Positions 25,794 through 39,949 of a DNA stretch of 64,000 nucleotides are shown in pieces. The stretch covers positions 206,646,001-206,710,000 of the forward strand of contig OZ024740.1 in the NCBI GenBank assembly GCA_964016885.1, written 5' to 3'. The DNA comes from Eledone cirrhosa. Lineage: Eukaryota. The stretch's first letter is position 1. Each line of letters opens with the position of its first letter. A program made the translations under genes and the position numbers. Under the pieces are notes generated by a model. It did no database searches and was not told the DNA's origin. It worked only from the letters and a program-made list of their open reading frames with translations.

Positions 25794-26190
25794 GGCACCT
25801 TTCTCTCTGGCCAACAACTGATCCGTTTCTTCCGATATCATTTCGGAAGAAGGATCAGGATTGAGAGAGAGATGCTCAACTCCAGTCGTTTTTATGAAAG
25901 GTGGGTGAAAGTGGCGAGAATGGCCCGTGTGAATGGGCCTTCTCTCTACATCAGCCTGTAGGTGGAAAAGAGGGAGGAACGAGGGAGCACCCTCTCTCTG
26001 TGCTCCTGAGGAGAAGGGGTTGCACACTTTTTTCTGGGGTGTGTGCGACCCCCCAAACGCCCCCTCCCTATTGAGGACTTTATTGTTAATTTTATTTGTT
26101 ATTTCTTTTCTTTACTCGCCTTTTTGTATAAACTCCCCCCTTGTATTTGTCCCCTTCTTTTGCGCCCTAGTGGCAATAAATAGAAATCTA
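25794..26190 (+). mobile_element. 3' end of a Tx1/L1-like LINE (ORF2 C-terminus plus 3' UTR)
   Basis: GTFLSGQQLIRFFRYHFGRRIRIEREMLNSSRFYERWVKVARMARVNGPSLYISL*, then a hairpin-rich UTR, AATAAA and a (TA)n flank. Homologue at 29901-30395. Confidence 0.7.
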
Positions 26191-27559
26191 TCTATATATA
26201 TATATATATCTCCATCTCACTCAACAAACATTAGGATATACTTAAGTATTATCCCAATTTAGTGTTTGAGGTGCTAACTAATCAGTATTTCGTGGATAGT
26301 TGGTTGTATTATTTTATATGAGACATTATTAAATAAATATCTCTTTCCTTCCAGACGGCCGTTTCGTTATAAGATTTCTACAATTTAGGATAAATAATTT
26401 CCAGGTTATGTAGAAACTTGTATATAATCCGTAGTTTTAACACGTTATGTTTATACTCTATAACGTGTTTAAAAGAAAAGGAAACAGAGGAAAAGAGATA
26501 AAGTAAGAAATAAGTAATGTTCCTGTTTGAAGGTTCCATTAAAATAAATGCGAAATTTCTAGACAGAAAATCAAAAAATTAAAACGTAAACACAAACGAC
26601 GAAACGAAATTAATTTCTGTACACGTGAACGTTGCAATTAGATGGCACGATTAATTGCAACAGAATATAAATAAAAATTGTAGTTAAACCAAAACGAACA
26701 TACAAAAAAAACATACTTTTAAATGCAATGGAAAGTGGATCACATTTCATTCTTTCTACCGCGACAGAAACTACGTTTCGTTGTGTGCATTTCTATATTT
26801 GAATTTCCGCTTGGAAATTATACGTTCATATTAATAGAACCTTCAACTAGGACGATGCTAGAAAGCGAACACGAATACACTGGATGAATCGATACAGCGT
26901 CGGACAAAATGTCAACGGTATTTAGTTACAGCCCAAGTACTGTTAGAAAAAGTAGTGGTAGAAAAAAAAAAGAAAAGAAAGAGACAAAAAGAATACATAT
27001 ATAAGAAAAGAAAAGATGAGAGAAGAGAAAACTAAGAAAACTAAAAATAAATCCCAACTGCTGCAAAACACTTTGGCGTTGCATTAATTTTGCTTGGCAA
27101 AGATTTTTTTGCTAGAGAACGATATCGATATGGCCACCAGATATGATGGTTAGTTGCGATATAAGCGGATAGCATCCAGATGTATAAGCAACCCCAGACC
27201 AACAGCAGTAAACTACTAGGGGAGATGGAGCAATGGGTGACACCTGTAGCTCCCAAGAAAACTCTCACAACCCAGTGACGTAGCTATGACGAGGCGAATA
27301 AAGGCCACCTCTAAACAGTCTAGTCCTTGCAGGTTTGACAAAAGTACCAGATTGGTGACTGGCACGAATAAGACCACCAAAACTGCATATAGTGAGAGGT
27401 AGGAAAAAGAACCATACTGCATCGTCCTTCACGCGAGTTAACAAGGGTTGTGTTCAGGCCTTAGGTAGAGGGGCCTGTTCGAAAAATATATTGCAGTCTC
27501 AATTTCACGATGCTAAAACTGGCAATGAGCCTGGATGCACAAAGATTGCATATACTGAG

Positions 27560-28430
27560 ACCCCCAAAGAGGATCAAACTTTGACAATTGGAACCTGGAA
27601 CATCGCAACCCTTAGGTAAAGAGCAGGAATTATTGGAGGAGGCTAGATGCTATTGGCTAGATATAGTCGGGATTTCCTCAACAAAGTTCCATGGCTCTGG
27701 TACTGTAGATTTGGATGGAGGATGGAAACACCACTATTCAGGTGTGGTGCCAAAAATGACTGCTCAGGCAGGAGTGGGGATACTAACCAGACCCTGGAGG
27801 GAGGATTTGCCTCTTGAAGCTTAGACTGGAAGATAGGTTTCTATGGGTGGTACAAGTTTATGCACTAAACAAGGAATTTAAATACAGGTCCTTCCTTGAT
27901 GAAGTCTGCAGCATTAGATGTAGTTAAGACAGTCATATATCCAGATGAGACTTCAATGCACATGATGACACCGACTACCTGACATGGAAAGGAGTGATTG
28001 GAAGGAATGGCTACCCCAATCTAAATATGAATGGAGAGACCTTACTAGACTTCTGTTCTAGCAATGAACTCTCTATTATGAACATCTTCTTCCAGCACAG
28101 AGATATCCATAAATACACATGGTATAAGCGGAATCAAGGACAGAGATCAATAATTGATTTTGTTATTGTTTCTGATCTCTTTGATTCTGTACTGGATGTT
28201 CATGTTAAGAGACGGACTGAACTGTCAACTGATCTCCATCTAGTTATCTGCAACTTAAAACTATCTAAAGGCAAAGAAGCCCACAAAACTGGCAGGTCCA
28301 GGGTGACCTACAAGATAAAGTGAGAAGTGTTGGTGGATAAGGAAGTCAGGACAAGGTATGTGGATACTATTGCATTCAAAATTCAGAGAACTCAACTGAG
28401 GAAGTTGAGACAGAGTGGAGATTGTTGTTC
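27560..28430 (+). mobile_element. RTE-clade LINE APE-endonuclease region, frameshifted pseudogene
   Basis: TLTIGTWNI..., LDIVGISSTK.HGSG, AGVGIL, NLNMNGETLLDFC...LSIMNIFFQH...KYTW, RSIIDFVIV and STDLHLV are APE motifs. Stops and frameshifts present. Confidence 0.88.
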
Positions 28431-28659
28431 AGTTCAGCAGCTTCTGCTTCAGCTGTTAAATGCTAGCTGATTAATAGTGCGGTTATCTCCCTGGACACAG
28501 CACAGCCGACCAAATATTCACACTGTGGCAGGTCAAAGAGAAGTATCATCATGTCTGGCCGCTGGGCCAATTAGTTAAGTGGCTTTTAACAGGAGTAGGA
28601 AGTGATTAATTTTAACAGACGTACATCATCATCATCATTATCATCATCATCAGACGGAT

Positions 28660-29010
28660 GAGAGCAGACGGAGGTAAAGGGATGAAGCTGAGTGTGGTAA
28701 GACTTGAAGGAACTACGAACTGAAAGGATATCCAAATTGGTCATGGCTGAAGGAAAGGAGAAGGCAAGAAGAGAAGATATAGGAAATGGCAGTGACAGGA
28801 GGAGATAGATATGGAATAGGATGGTGCATTGAGGAAGTATGGTGGCAGGATGGTAGATAAGGGACAGAGAGAGTGAGGTTGGCAGTAGAAAAGGTATGAG
28901 GGCTGACAAATGTTCAGTGGTATAGATGTGATGGTAGGTGGCCTCAATGGATGGTTGGGGTAAACCACTTTGAGTGAGGTAATGGACTATTTATTGCAAC
29001 TGAATATTGA
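28660..29010 (-). mobile_element. Probable degenerate Penelope-like element fragment (region between RT and GIY-YIG)
   Basis: HYLTQSG(Y)PQPSIEAT... LSLIYHP...IL.H..LL...FP....AF.....NLDILSVRS resembles the PLE RGYP...PLVLTYHP...AF...NL...LVRS linker. One frameshift is needed. Confidence 0.45.
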
Positions 29011-29900
29011 AATCAAAGTCATGGCTACTTAGAAGGTAGAGATGAAAGAATTGTAATTAAAAGATAACAGATTTAAGTATGTGTTAGATGTGATGATGTG
29101 AAATTAAGTTAGGAATATGTTTTAAATATATACATAAATAACATTCAAATGCGTAAATAACATTATAAATTGCTCGCAATTTGTTCAGAAGGATATTACA
29201 AATATAATGTCTAAATCATGTATAAAAATATAATAATATAAATTCATTGAACAAAATTGATAAAGGAAGGGAAAAAAAAGGAGGAGGGTAAATTTAAGTG
29301 TGATAATCAGCCACACCTCACACCTTAGGGATTAACTACACATTTGAGGTAAGACAAACACTCTCAGCATTACCACAGGTGATGGCGAGGCTAAAGCGCT
29401 GAAATAACCAGGCACTGTCATGGGTATCACCTGACACCTCAGTAAAGTGAGCCGCCAGTGATGACACATTAGGAATAGTCATAGATACATCTCAAAAAGA
29501 TCGGATGGCTACAGCTGGAATCTTTTTGATCATTGAGATACATTGAGATCAAGGCTGACCTAGAGATGAACATTACTGTCATGAGCAACAACATTGTAAA
29601 TAGTTATGTTACACAACCCACTAAGATCTCTGAACATATGTGTTATTTGTTAGAAGAGCCTTAAGATATGAATATATTCTACTTAATTCATAATAATCCA
29701 ACATATTTGTTACTCTTTGCAAGAGGTTCAAGCCTAAAATGTCAGAAGTCATCTCTCCTTAGTTGTCACTGATATTTATTTTTTATTTATGAATGTAAAT
29801 AAAATATCAGATTACTGTCACGTGGATGGTAAATGCATATTTCAGTTTGTTTCTATGTAAGTTTTTTTTTAAACGGGGCATTGATAACAGGAACTGAAAG

Positions 29901-30395
29901 ATAGATTTCTTTATTTACCATAAAGGCATAAAAAGAAGGGACAAATACAAAGGGGGAGTTTACATATAATCGAGTAAAAAGGGTGTAACATGAAAATAAT
30001 CGAAAATAACCTCAAAAGGGAGGGGACGTGATGGGGGTTGCACACACCCCCGAAAAAGTGTGCAATCCTTTGCCCGGGGAGCACATGGAGAAGGTGCTCC
30101 CCTCTCCTTTACTTCTTTACCTACAGGATGGTATACAGAGAAGGCCCATTTACACGAGCCATTCTCGCCACTATCACCCACCTTTCATAAAACTGCCTGT
30201 GGCCAAGCACCTCTCTCTCCATTCTTATCCTTCTTCCGAAGTGATATCGGAAGAAGTAGACCAGACTATGGCTAGAGAGGAAGTTGCCTGACCTCAGACC
30301 TTTCAATCGTGTCCACCAAACAACCTCTTTCAACATGGCTATTACGCACAGAAAAACCGCCTTTGCTTCCTTTGTGAAGAGGTCAACTGGACATT
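29901..30395 (-). mobile_element. 3' end of a Tx1/L1-like LINE, second copy
   Basis: AVFLCVIAMLKEVVWWTRLKG...FFRYHFGRRIRMEREVL...FYERW, with the same UTR as 25794-26190. Confidence 0.72.
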
Positions 30396-30935
30396 ATACT
30401 GGCTGTGGAGTTAAGAGGTTTGCTTCATAACTATGTGTTTCAAGTTCAATCTCTCAGCTTGGCACATTGGGCAAGTGTTATCTACCATAGCTTTGAGTCT
30501 CTCAAGTGCATGTGAGTGAAATTTTGTAGACAAAACCTGTGTAGAAATCTTTTTTTTTAGGTCGTAGACTTAATCTGTCACTTGGTTTCACATCACTAAC
30601 AACCCCTTCTGTTTTTTCAGTGGAGTTTACTCTCTTGCAAGCATTTAGGTTAGGTTTCTGGTCTGAGAATAACTTTCTCTCATCCTCTCACCAGTCTTGC
30701 AAATCCTGAAAATGACCATTGAAAAGATCATAAATTGAATTTGAGCATTGTTAAATCAAATCCGGTCATCTGTGATTTTAGATATTGTAGAAGATGTGAA
30801 ACAAAGATACAATAGTTGACAAAACACAACAAATAAAAACCAAACAGTAAGATCAGGGCATGGTTAACAACAGTTGTCTTGCCGACACATTTATAGTCTT
30901 GTAGTTAGACATCTTAATTATGATCTGTTCTTTAA

Positions 30936-31150
30936 CCCTTTAGCATTTAAACTAGCCATATCCGGCCAGAATTCTCTCACATCTTTCTGTTCAAACTGGC
31001 CGTAACTTGCTTCTCATATTAATGTTAAGGTATTGATCTCAAAATAAATAATATCAAAATCTCATAGATTTGATATTCTTTGAGATAATTATGTGAGATA
31101 AAGCCTTTACCACGAAAATACAATAATAGAGTAATATAAATGCTAAAGGG
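30936..31150 (+). mobile_element. piggyBac-type MITE, copy 4
   Basis: TTAA|CCCTTTAGCATTT ... AAATGCTAAAGGG|TTAA. Confidence 0.9.
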
Positions 31151-31379
31151 TTAAACCAAGACAGTCTCAAAGAAATAGGATATCTATTTCAGTATTGAAA
31201 CATAGGAACTTGCCATTTCTGTCTTCTCAGATATTATGTTGTCTGCCTTGAAATACTATTATTGATCACGTCACTGAAGTATTTGATCAGATTGAATTTA
31301 TTGCAGATTTTATAAATTCTTGATCACTTCTTCCCAAACTTCTGTTGTGTCCCCTCACTTCCTTCGACTACTCCTTTTG

Positions 31380-31810
31380 TTCACCTCCCACCACTACCAA
31401 TACAACAAAAACAACAACATCATCTACTACAAAAGCATGACCTCCCATTACTACCATTGCCACAATAAGAGCAACAACAACATCTCCAAAAACAACAACA
31501 ACAACAACAATAAGAGCAACAGCAACAACTACTACCATTGCCAGAGCAACAACAACAATAACAACAACTACTACTACTACTACTACAGAAATATTACATC
31601 CCACCACTACCATTGCCACAACAACAACAACAATAACAATCTCAACATCAACATCTAGTACAATAAACATTACATCCCACCACCACCACCACCACCACCA
31701 CCACCACAACAAAATCTAATACAATAAACATTACATCCCACCACCACAACAACAACAACAACTACAACAAAAACATTACCTCCCACCACCACCACAGCAA
31801 GTACCACATT
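31380..31810. repeat. (CAA/CAC/TAC)n low-complexity tract with recurring acattacatcccaccac
   Basis: Direct observation. Confidence 0.85.
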
Positions 31811-32148
31811 TAATGACCACACAGTTAAGCTTCAAATAAATAAGCAACATTTCCCTTATTGCTTCTCCATTAATCATGTGGAATCTTCCCTTTGTATTTA
31901 GCAATCAATCTGTTTACCAAAAATCTGAAGAATTATTCCAGTTGTGTAGCATTTATTAGACAAGGATGCCTTTATCTGTGTTGCTTTCAACAAATCAATC
32001 AATATGGTTATCAATGAATGTTTCCAATTGAATCTAATACTGGATGTTATTAAACAGGAGAAATCTATATCATAATGTCTTAGACTTACTGGTCAGTGGC
32101 TGTGGAACTGGGGAGGCCAGGGAGCCCCCCTCCCTCCCAATAATTATT

Positions 32149-32337
32149 AGACCTGCCAACCTCTAAAAACCCAAATGGAGAGTACCACGAAAAAAAAGTG
32201 CCCCAAAATGAGAGGAAATGAGGCAAAATGGGGAGATTTTACATAATGAAAGCTATACCCATTTTCACAAGAGAAGACATTTCACCCACTTTGGGGTGGG
32301 AGATCTCCCCGTCGGACGGGGAGAATCGACGGGTCTG
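32149..32337. mobile_element. Small hAT-like MITE (agacctgccaac ... gacgggtctg), probably nested in another CAG-terminal MITE starting at ~32094
   Basis: Imperfect TIRs with aattat-like sequence on both flanks. Confidence 0.45.
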
Positions 32338-32922
32338 AATTATATTTTTCTCCTCAAACTACCAAATCACATCTATTTGTGTATGCGCTACAATTTATGT
32401 ACATGTTATGTTTATCTTGATATTTGATACTAACAGCTAAACTAATCACTACAACTAAATTGACCAAATTTGGCTACCCCTCAATTCAGATGTGCTGTTT
32501 TCTTCAGTAAAACACTTCATTTCCATATTGGTCCTGTTCATTCAGCTCAAAATGAGTACTAGCAGCAGCAACAGCGACAACAGCACAAGAAGCAGCAGCA
32601 GCAGCAACATCTGGAGGTTAACCCTGCAATGAACTGGCCTCATATAAATAACATTACAAATATTGAGGTTCACAGTTGTATAAATAAATATTCTTTAGTT
32701 GTAGAAGTGATGTCCAAATGAGTGTCTTCCACCACCAACAAACTTGTCCTCTGCCTCTGGTCCCAACATTCTGTCCCCTATCACATCCTGTTGAGATCCC
32801 AGTCCCATCATTCTGAGTTCAAATACTGTTGAGACCCCAGTCCCAACATTCTGCCTTCTGGATTCAAATCCCGTGAAGCCTCAGTATTTGACTGGTATTT
32901 TATTTATTGACTCTGAAGGGAA

Positions 32923-33060
32923 TTGGATAACATCTATGAGCTTGGCTGGTCAAGCTTGGGGATCCAGTTGGATCAGTTGGAGACAGTTGCTTCTGACAGG
33001 ACCTGTTGGAAGGAGTGTTTGAGGACTCTTCCCCTGCGTCCCTCTCAGGAATAAGTGGGC

Positions 33061-33107
<47 letters not shown>

Positions 33108-33138
33108 AGAAGAAGAAGAAGAAGAAGAAGAAGAAGAA
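32923..33138 (+). mobile_element. 5'-truncated RTE LINE 3' end with (GAA)n tail
   Basis: LDNIYELGWSSLGIQLDQLETVASDRTCWKECLRTLPLRPSQE* followed by about 25 GAA units. Homologous to 814-1040. Confidence 0.8.
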
Positions 33139-33394
33139 AGACAAAATTAGGCAGCGTGGAATTTGAACTTGGGGCGCAGAGTGCTGGAACAAATATCACA
33201 GAAAATCTACTGTATGTATGCATGGACCCATAACTTCCGAGGGAGTTGTTGGGGTGCCATATTGATGTATGACAATTCTAGGTCATTTTAAACCTGGCAG
33301 AGCACATCTATCTCATCTCCAGGTCTGAGTACAGCAGATTTCTTCCAGAGAAGGATAGAGAATGAGATAATGGAAGTGAGAAAGAAATTATGGA

Positions 33395-33560
33395 GGAAGA
33401 ATCGACCCCAGTACTTGATTGGTACTGTTTTTATTGACCTTGAATGGATGAAAGGCAAAGTTGACCTTGGTGGGTTTTGAACTGAGAGAGCAGAGAGCTG
33501 GAACGGATACTGCAAAACACTCTATCCTACATTCTAATGACTCTGCCAATTCACTGCCTA
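33395..33560 (-). mobile_element. SINE family A, reverse orientation
   Basis: Reverse complement of the family A domain and head. Confidence 0.7.
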
Positions 33561-33749
33561 TAGAGAATCTATTAGACCTTGCTAATTTATCTTCTTTGAT
33601 GATGACACTAATGATGATTAGGATGATGATGACGATGATGATGATGTTGATAATGATGATGATGATGGTAGTGGTGGTGAGGATGGTGGTGAGGATGGTA
33701 GTGAGGATGGTTACACGACAACAAAACAATCATCACAGTACAAAGCTGT

Positions 33750-34025
33750 TGTGTTTAAATAAACCTATCACTAATGGTACAGAGGGGGTTACTATCTATT
33801 GATCTGTTTAAACAAACCTATCATTAACAGTTTATAGAGGGGGTTACTATCTATTGATCTGTTTAAACACACCTATCACTAATAACTTAGAGAGGGCGTT
33901 ACTATCTATTGATCTGGATAAATAAACCTATCACTAATAGTTTATAGAGGGGGTTACTATCTGTTGATCTGAATAAATAAACCTATCACTAATAGTATAG
34001 AGGGGGTTACTATCTGTTGATCTAG
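33750..34025. repeat. 53-55-bp tandem repeat, 5 copies
   Basis: aaacctatcactaatag...agagggggttactatctattgatctg at 33761, 33814, 33869, 33924 and 33979. Confidence 0.9.
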
Positions 34026-34127
34026 AACATATTGAAGGAGGAGGAGGAGGAGGAGGAGGTCATAAACTGTTTTGTTATGATTGGAGAGATTATCTCACAA
34101 ATATATTTCAATATTTATTTCGATAAA

Positions 34128-34945
34128 TGGCCTTGTGCCTAAATCACAAACCATTATTTATTTCTACATAATGGCGGTGGATTGGCAGTATCGGTAGAGG
34201 GTCGGACACCATACTTTCCAGCATAGTTACGTCCCTTTACGATCTGAGTTCAAATCCCGCCGAGGTTGACTTTGCCTTTCATCCTTACGGGGTCGATAAA
34301 ATAAAGTACCAGTAATGTACTGGGTAATTGCTGGCCTTGTGCCTAAAGTAGAAACACTTATTTATTTCTACATATCATTAATAACAACAACAGCAACATA
34401 AATATTTACTGATTAACATATATTTTATTATTTATTTCTGAGTTCTGAGTTCAATCCTGCTGAGGTTAACTTTGCCTTTCATCCTTACGGGGTTAATAAA
34501 ATAAAATACTAGTAACACACTGGGGTCAATTTAATCGACTTTCCTCTTCCCACAAATTGCTGGCCTTGTGCTTAACTCAAAAGCCACTAGGGCAGTGGAT
34601 TAGCAGTATCAGTAGTGTTGGGAAACAGGTTTCGTGGCATAGTGTTATGGCCCTTTACATTCTGAGTTAAAATCCCGTTAGCTTTGCCTTTCATCCTTAC
34701 GGGGTTGATAAAATAAAGTACCAGGGGGTCGATTTAATTGACTTTCACCTCTCACCAAATTGCTGGCCTTGTGCCTATAGTAGAAAGAATTAGGGTGGTG
34801 GATTGGCAGTATCGGTAGAGCGTCGGGCAACATGCTTTGCGGCATAGAGTTCGAGGAGGTCAATAAAATAAAGTACCACTGGGGTCGATTTAATCGATAC
34901 CTCTCCTACCAAAATTGCTGGCCTTGCGCCTAAATTAGAAAGCAT
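34128..34945 (+). mobile_element. Head-to-tail cluster of 4-5 SINE family A copies
   Basis: Repeated ggcggtggattggcagtatcggtagag ... gagttcaaatccc ... cctttcatccttacgggg ... ggccttgtgcctaaagtagaaac. Confidence 0.85.
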
Positions 34946-35399
34946 TGTTTATCTCTACTTATCATTAACAACAACACCAACACCAACAACAACATTTATT
35001 GAATAACATATAAAAAGAAATTACATGTGTTGATTTGTTTATCTATAAAAAGTAGGGTAGTTGGCAGGGGAGGGGACACACACACATACTTTTCATGAAC
35101 CTCACATAGACAAAAACCTCTCATAGACAAAAAACACCAAATACCTCTGCAAATTTAAACAAGATGGCGATCGTTTTTACACCAACAATGGCAACTTTAA
35201 TAAATTTTATGATGAATATAATAAATATATTTTTACTTGCTTTTGTTTTAAAAATGTTCTAGATATTTCAACAAACAATACGATGTAGAGAATAAAGTAA
35301 ATTTATTTTTTCACACTTCCTTATGTTTTAAAAATGTACTCAAATATTACAACTAGAATTACACGGTAGAATCATAATGAAAAAAAATTACGATGTACA

Positions 35400-35491
35400 A
35401 ATTTTATACCTATTTATTTAAAAAAATATACCTGTCCAATTTGAGGTGCGTCTTATAAGCCCATGCGTCTTATAAGACGTCAAATACGGTA
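35400..35491. mobile_element. One terminus of a Tc1/pogo-type DNA transposon
   Basis: Subterminal tgcgtcttataag x2, then AAATACGG|TA. Confidence 0.5.
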
Positions 35492-35692
35492 ATGACATAA
35501 TTAATTAAAGATTGATAGCAAATGAATATCAGGAAAGCTGGAGAATAAATATCCCAGTTTCAATATCGAAATAAATACTTATTTTTATATCGCTACAAGG
35601 ATGAAGTTATGGAGTAGGTTTGTAACTAAATTGGTGGACATATTTGGATAAAATCATTTTTAGATTGTGTTGACTGTAGTTAGTATTGAAGG

Positions 35693-35968
35693 CAGGACCG
35701 GATTTAATGGGGTGCAAAGGGGGAAATTGCCTCAGGTCCCCTGCTGTGGCTGGGCCCCACCAGTGGCAATCGTAGCAATTTATTTGTACCCTCAGCTGGG
35801 CTTTTTAGTTTTAGGATGATTAGAATGTTTGAATTTAATACCTGTATGTATAACTTTTCAATTCCAATTACTTGTGCCAAGCTAACTTTGGTATGTGAAA
35901 TTGGGGGGTTGCTGTGTATTCTAATTTTTTGTGTATGAGGGACCGCCTCAAGGTAAATCCAAACCTTG
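35693..35968 (+). mobile_element. hAT-like MITE family E, copy 1
   Basis: CAGGACCGGATTTA ... TAAATCCAAACCTTG. Reverse-complement homologues at 57316-57609 and 63639-63935. Confidence 0.75.
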
Positions 35969-36079
35969 TATGTAGGTGTTAGGATTGTGTTCTTCTTGTC
36001 ATATGGAATATGCACAATAGATAGAGAGGCAGGGCGAGACAGGTGAGCCAGATCAAGGTGTCATTAGCAGCATTTGAAG

Positions 36080-37900
36080 TATTTTGTTGAGTGTAGTTAG
36101 TATTGTGTTGAGTGTAGTTAGTAATGTGTTGAGTGTTGTTAGTATTGTGTTGAGTGTAGTTGTAAGTATTGTGTTGAGTGTAATTAGTATTATGTTGAGT
36201 GTAGTTGTAAGTATTGTGTTGAGTGTAGTTGTAAGTATTGTGTTGAGTGTAGTTAGTATTGTGTTGAGTGTAGTTGTAAGTATTGTGTTGAGTGTAGTTA
36301 GTATTGTGTTGAGTGTAGTTGTAAGTATTGTGTTGAGTGTAAGTGTTAGTATTGTGTTGAGTGTAGTTAGTATTGTGTTGAGTGTAGTTGTAAGTATTGT
36401 GTTGAGTGTAAGTGTTAGTATTGTGTTGAGTGTAGTTAGTATTGTGTTGAGTGTAGTTAGTATTGTGTTGAGTGTAGTTAGTATTGTGTTGAGTGTAAGT
36501 GTTAATATTGTGTTGAGTGTAGTTAGTATTGTGTTGAGAGTAGTTGTAAGTATTGTGTTGAGTGTAAGTGTTAGTATTGTGTTGAGTGTAAGTGTTAATA
36601 TTGTGTTGAGTGTAGTTAGTATTGTGTTGAGTGTAGTTAGTATTGTGTAGAGTGTTGTTAGTATTGTGTTGAGTGTAGTTGTAAGTATTGTGTTGAGTGT
36701 AGTTGTAAGTATTGTGTTGAGTGTAGTTAGTATTGTGTTGAGTGTAGTTGTAAGTATTGTGTTGAGTGTAGTTAGTATTGTGTTGAGTGTAGTTGTAAGT
36801 ATTGTGTTGAGTGTAAGTGTTAGTATTGTGTTGAGTGTAGTTAGTATTGTGTTGAGTGTAGTTGTAAGTATTGTGTTGAGTGTAAGTGTTAGTATTGTGT
36901 TGAGTGTAGTTAGTATTGTGTTGAGTGTAGTTAGTATTGTGTTGAGTGTAGTTAGTATTGTGTTGAGTGTAAGTGTTAATATTGTGTTGAGTGTAGTTAG
37001 TATTGTGTTGAGAGTAGTTGTAAGTATTGTGTTGAGTGTAAGTGTTAGTATTGTGTTGAGTGTAAGTGTTAATATTGTGTTGAGTGTAGTTAGTATTGTG
37101 TTGAGTGTAGTTAGTATTGTGTTGAGTGTTGTTAGTATTGTGTTGAGTGTAGTTGTAAGTATTGTGTTGAGTGTAATTAGTATTATGTTGAGTGTAGTTG
37201 TAAGTATTATGTTGAGTGTAGTTGTAAGTATTGTGTTGAGTGTAGTTGTAAGTATTGTGTTGAGTGTAGTTAGTATTGTGTTGAGTGTAGTTGTAAGTAT
37301 TGTGTTGAGTGTAAGTGTTAATATTGTGTTGAGTGTAGTTAGTATTGTGTTGAGTGTAGTTGTAAGTATTGTGTTGAGTGTAAGTGTTAGTATTGTGTTG
37401 AGTGTAGTTAGTATTGTGTTGAGTGTAGTTGTAAGTATTGTGTTGAGTGTAGTTGTAAGTATTGTGTTGAGTGTAAGTGTTAGTATTGTGTTGAGTGTAG
37501 TTAGTATTGTGTTGAGTTTAGTTGTTAGTATTGTGTTGAGTTTAGTTGTAAGTATTGTGTTGAGTGTAGTTGTAAGTATTGTGTTGAGTGTAGTTAGTAT
37601 TGTGTTGAGTGTAGTTGTAAGTATTGTGTTGAGTGTAAGTGTTAATATTGTGTTGAGTGTAGTTAGTATTGTGTTGAGTGTAGTTGTAAGTATTGTGTTG
37701 AGTGTAAGTGTTAGTATTGTGTTGAGTGTAGTTAGTATTGTGTTGAGTGTAGTTGTAAGTATTGTGTTGAGTGTAGTTGTAAGTATTGTGTTGAGTGTAA
37801 GTGTTAGTATTGTGTTGAGTGTAGTTAGTATTGTGTTGAGTTTAGTTGTTAGTATTGTGTTGAGTTTAGTTGTTAGTATTGTGTTGAGTGTAGTTGTTAG
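36080..37900. repeat. 21/24-bp minisatellite (agtattgtgttgagtgtagtt[gta]) with higher-order blocks
   Basis: Direct observation. Unit lengths are multiples of 3, which creates spurious VLSVVSI ORFs. Confidence 0.98.
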
Positions 37901-38102
37901 GCAGAGACATAACTAGGGTATGGCAAGTATGTCAAGTGCCATGGGTGCACATAAAGTGTGGACTAGGAACAGTTTGTATTAAAGTCAAATAAGCCTTATC
38001 GGAGAGGGAAAAAAGAAACTCCTTCAGATGTATGCTCTGTCTCTGATAATCACAGGTGAGAACACTATGGTGGCTGGATTATTAAACCATTTATATAAAT
38101 TA

Positions 38103-39717
<1,615 letters not shown>

Positions 39718-39949
39718 TATAGATATAAATTATTAGGCTCCAAGGTAAAAATACAGTGCTGGGCAGGGCGCAATATCACTGCTTGCCATGGGTGCTATTT
39801 TACCTAGTTATGTGTCTGGGTGTTGGTATTATGTTGAGTGTATGTGTTACTATAATGGTATGGTGACTAAACTGTTGATAAGAGGTACTATGAGGTCAAA
39901 ACCAACTTTTGTTACTGTGTTATTTTAAGAAAAATCCACCTTGTCTCTG

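Noticed and set aside
36084-37916. 416-aa and 188-aa VLSVVSI-repeat ORFs
   Set aside because: Translation of a 21/24-bp minisatellite with no ATG start, no unique domain and no splice context.
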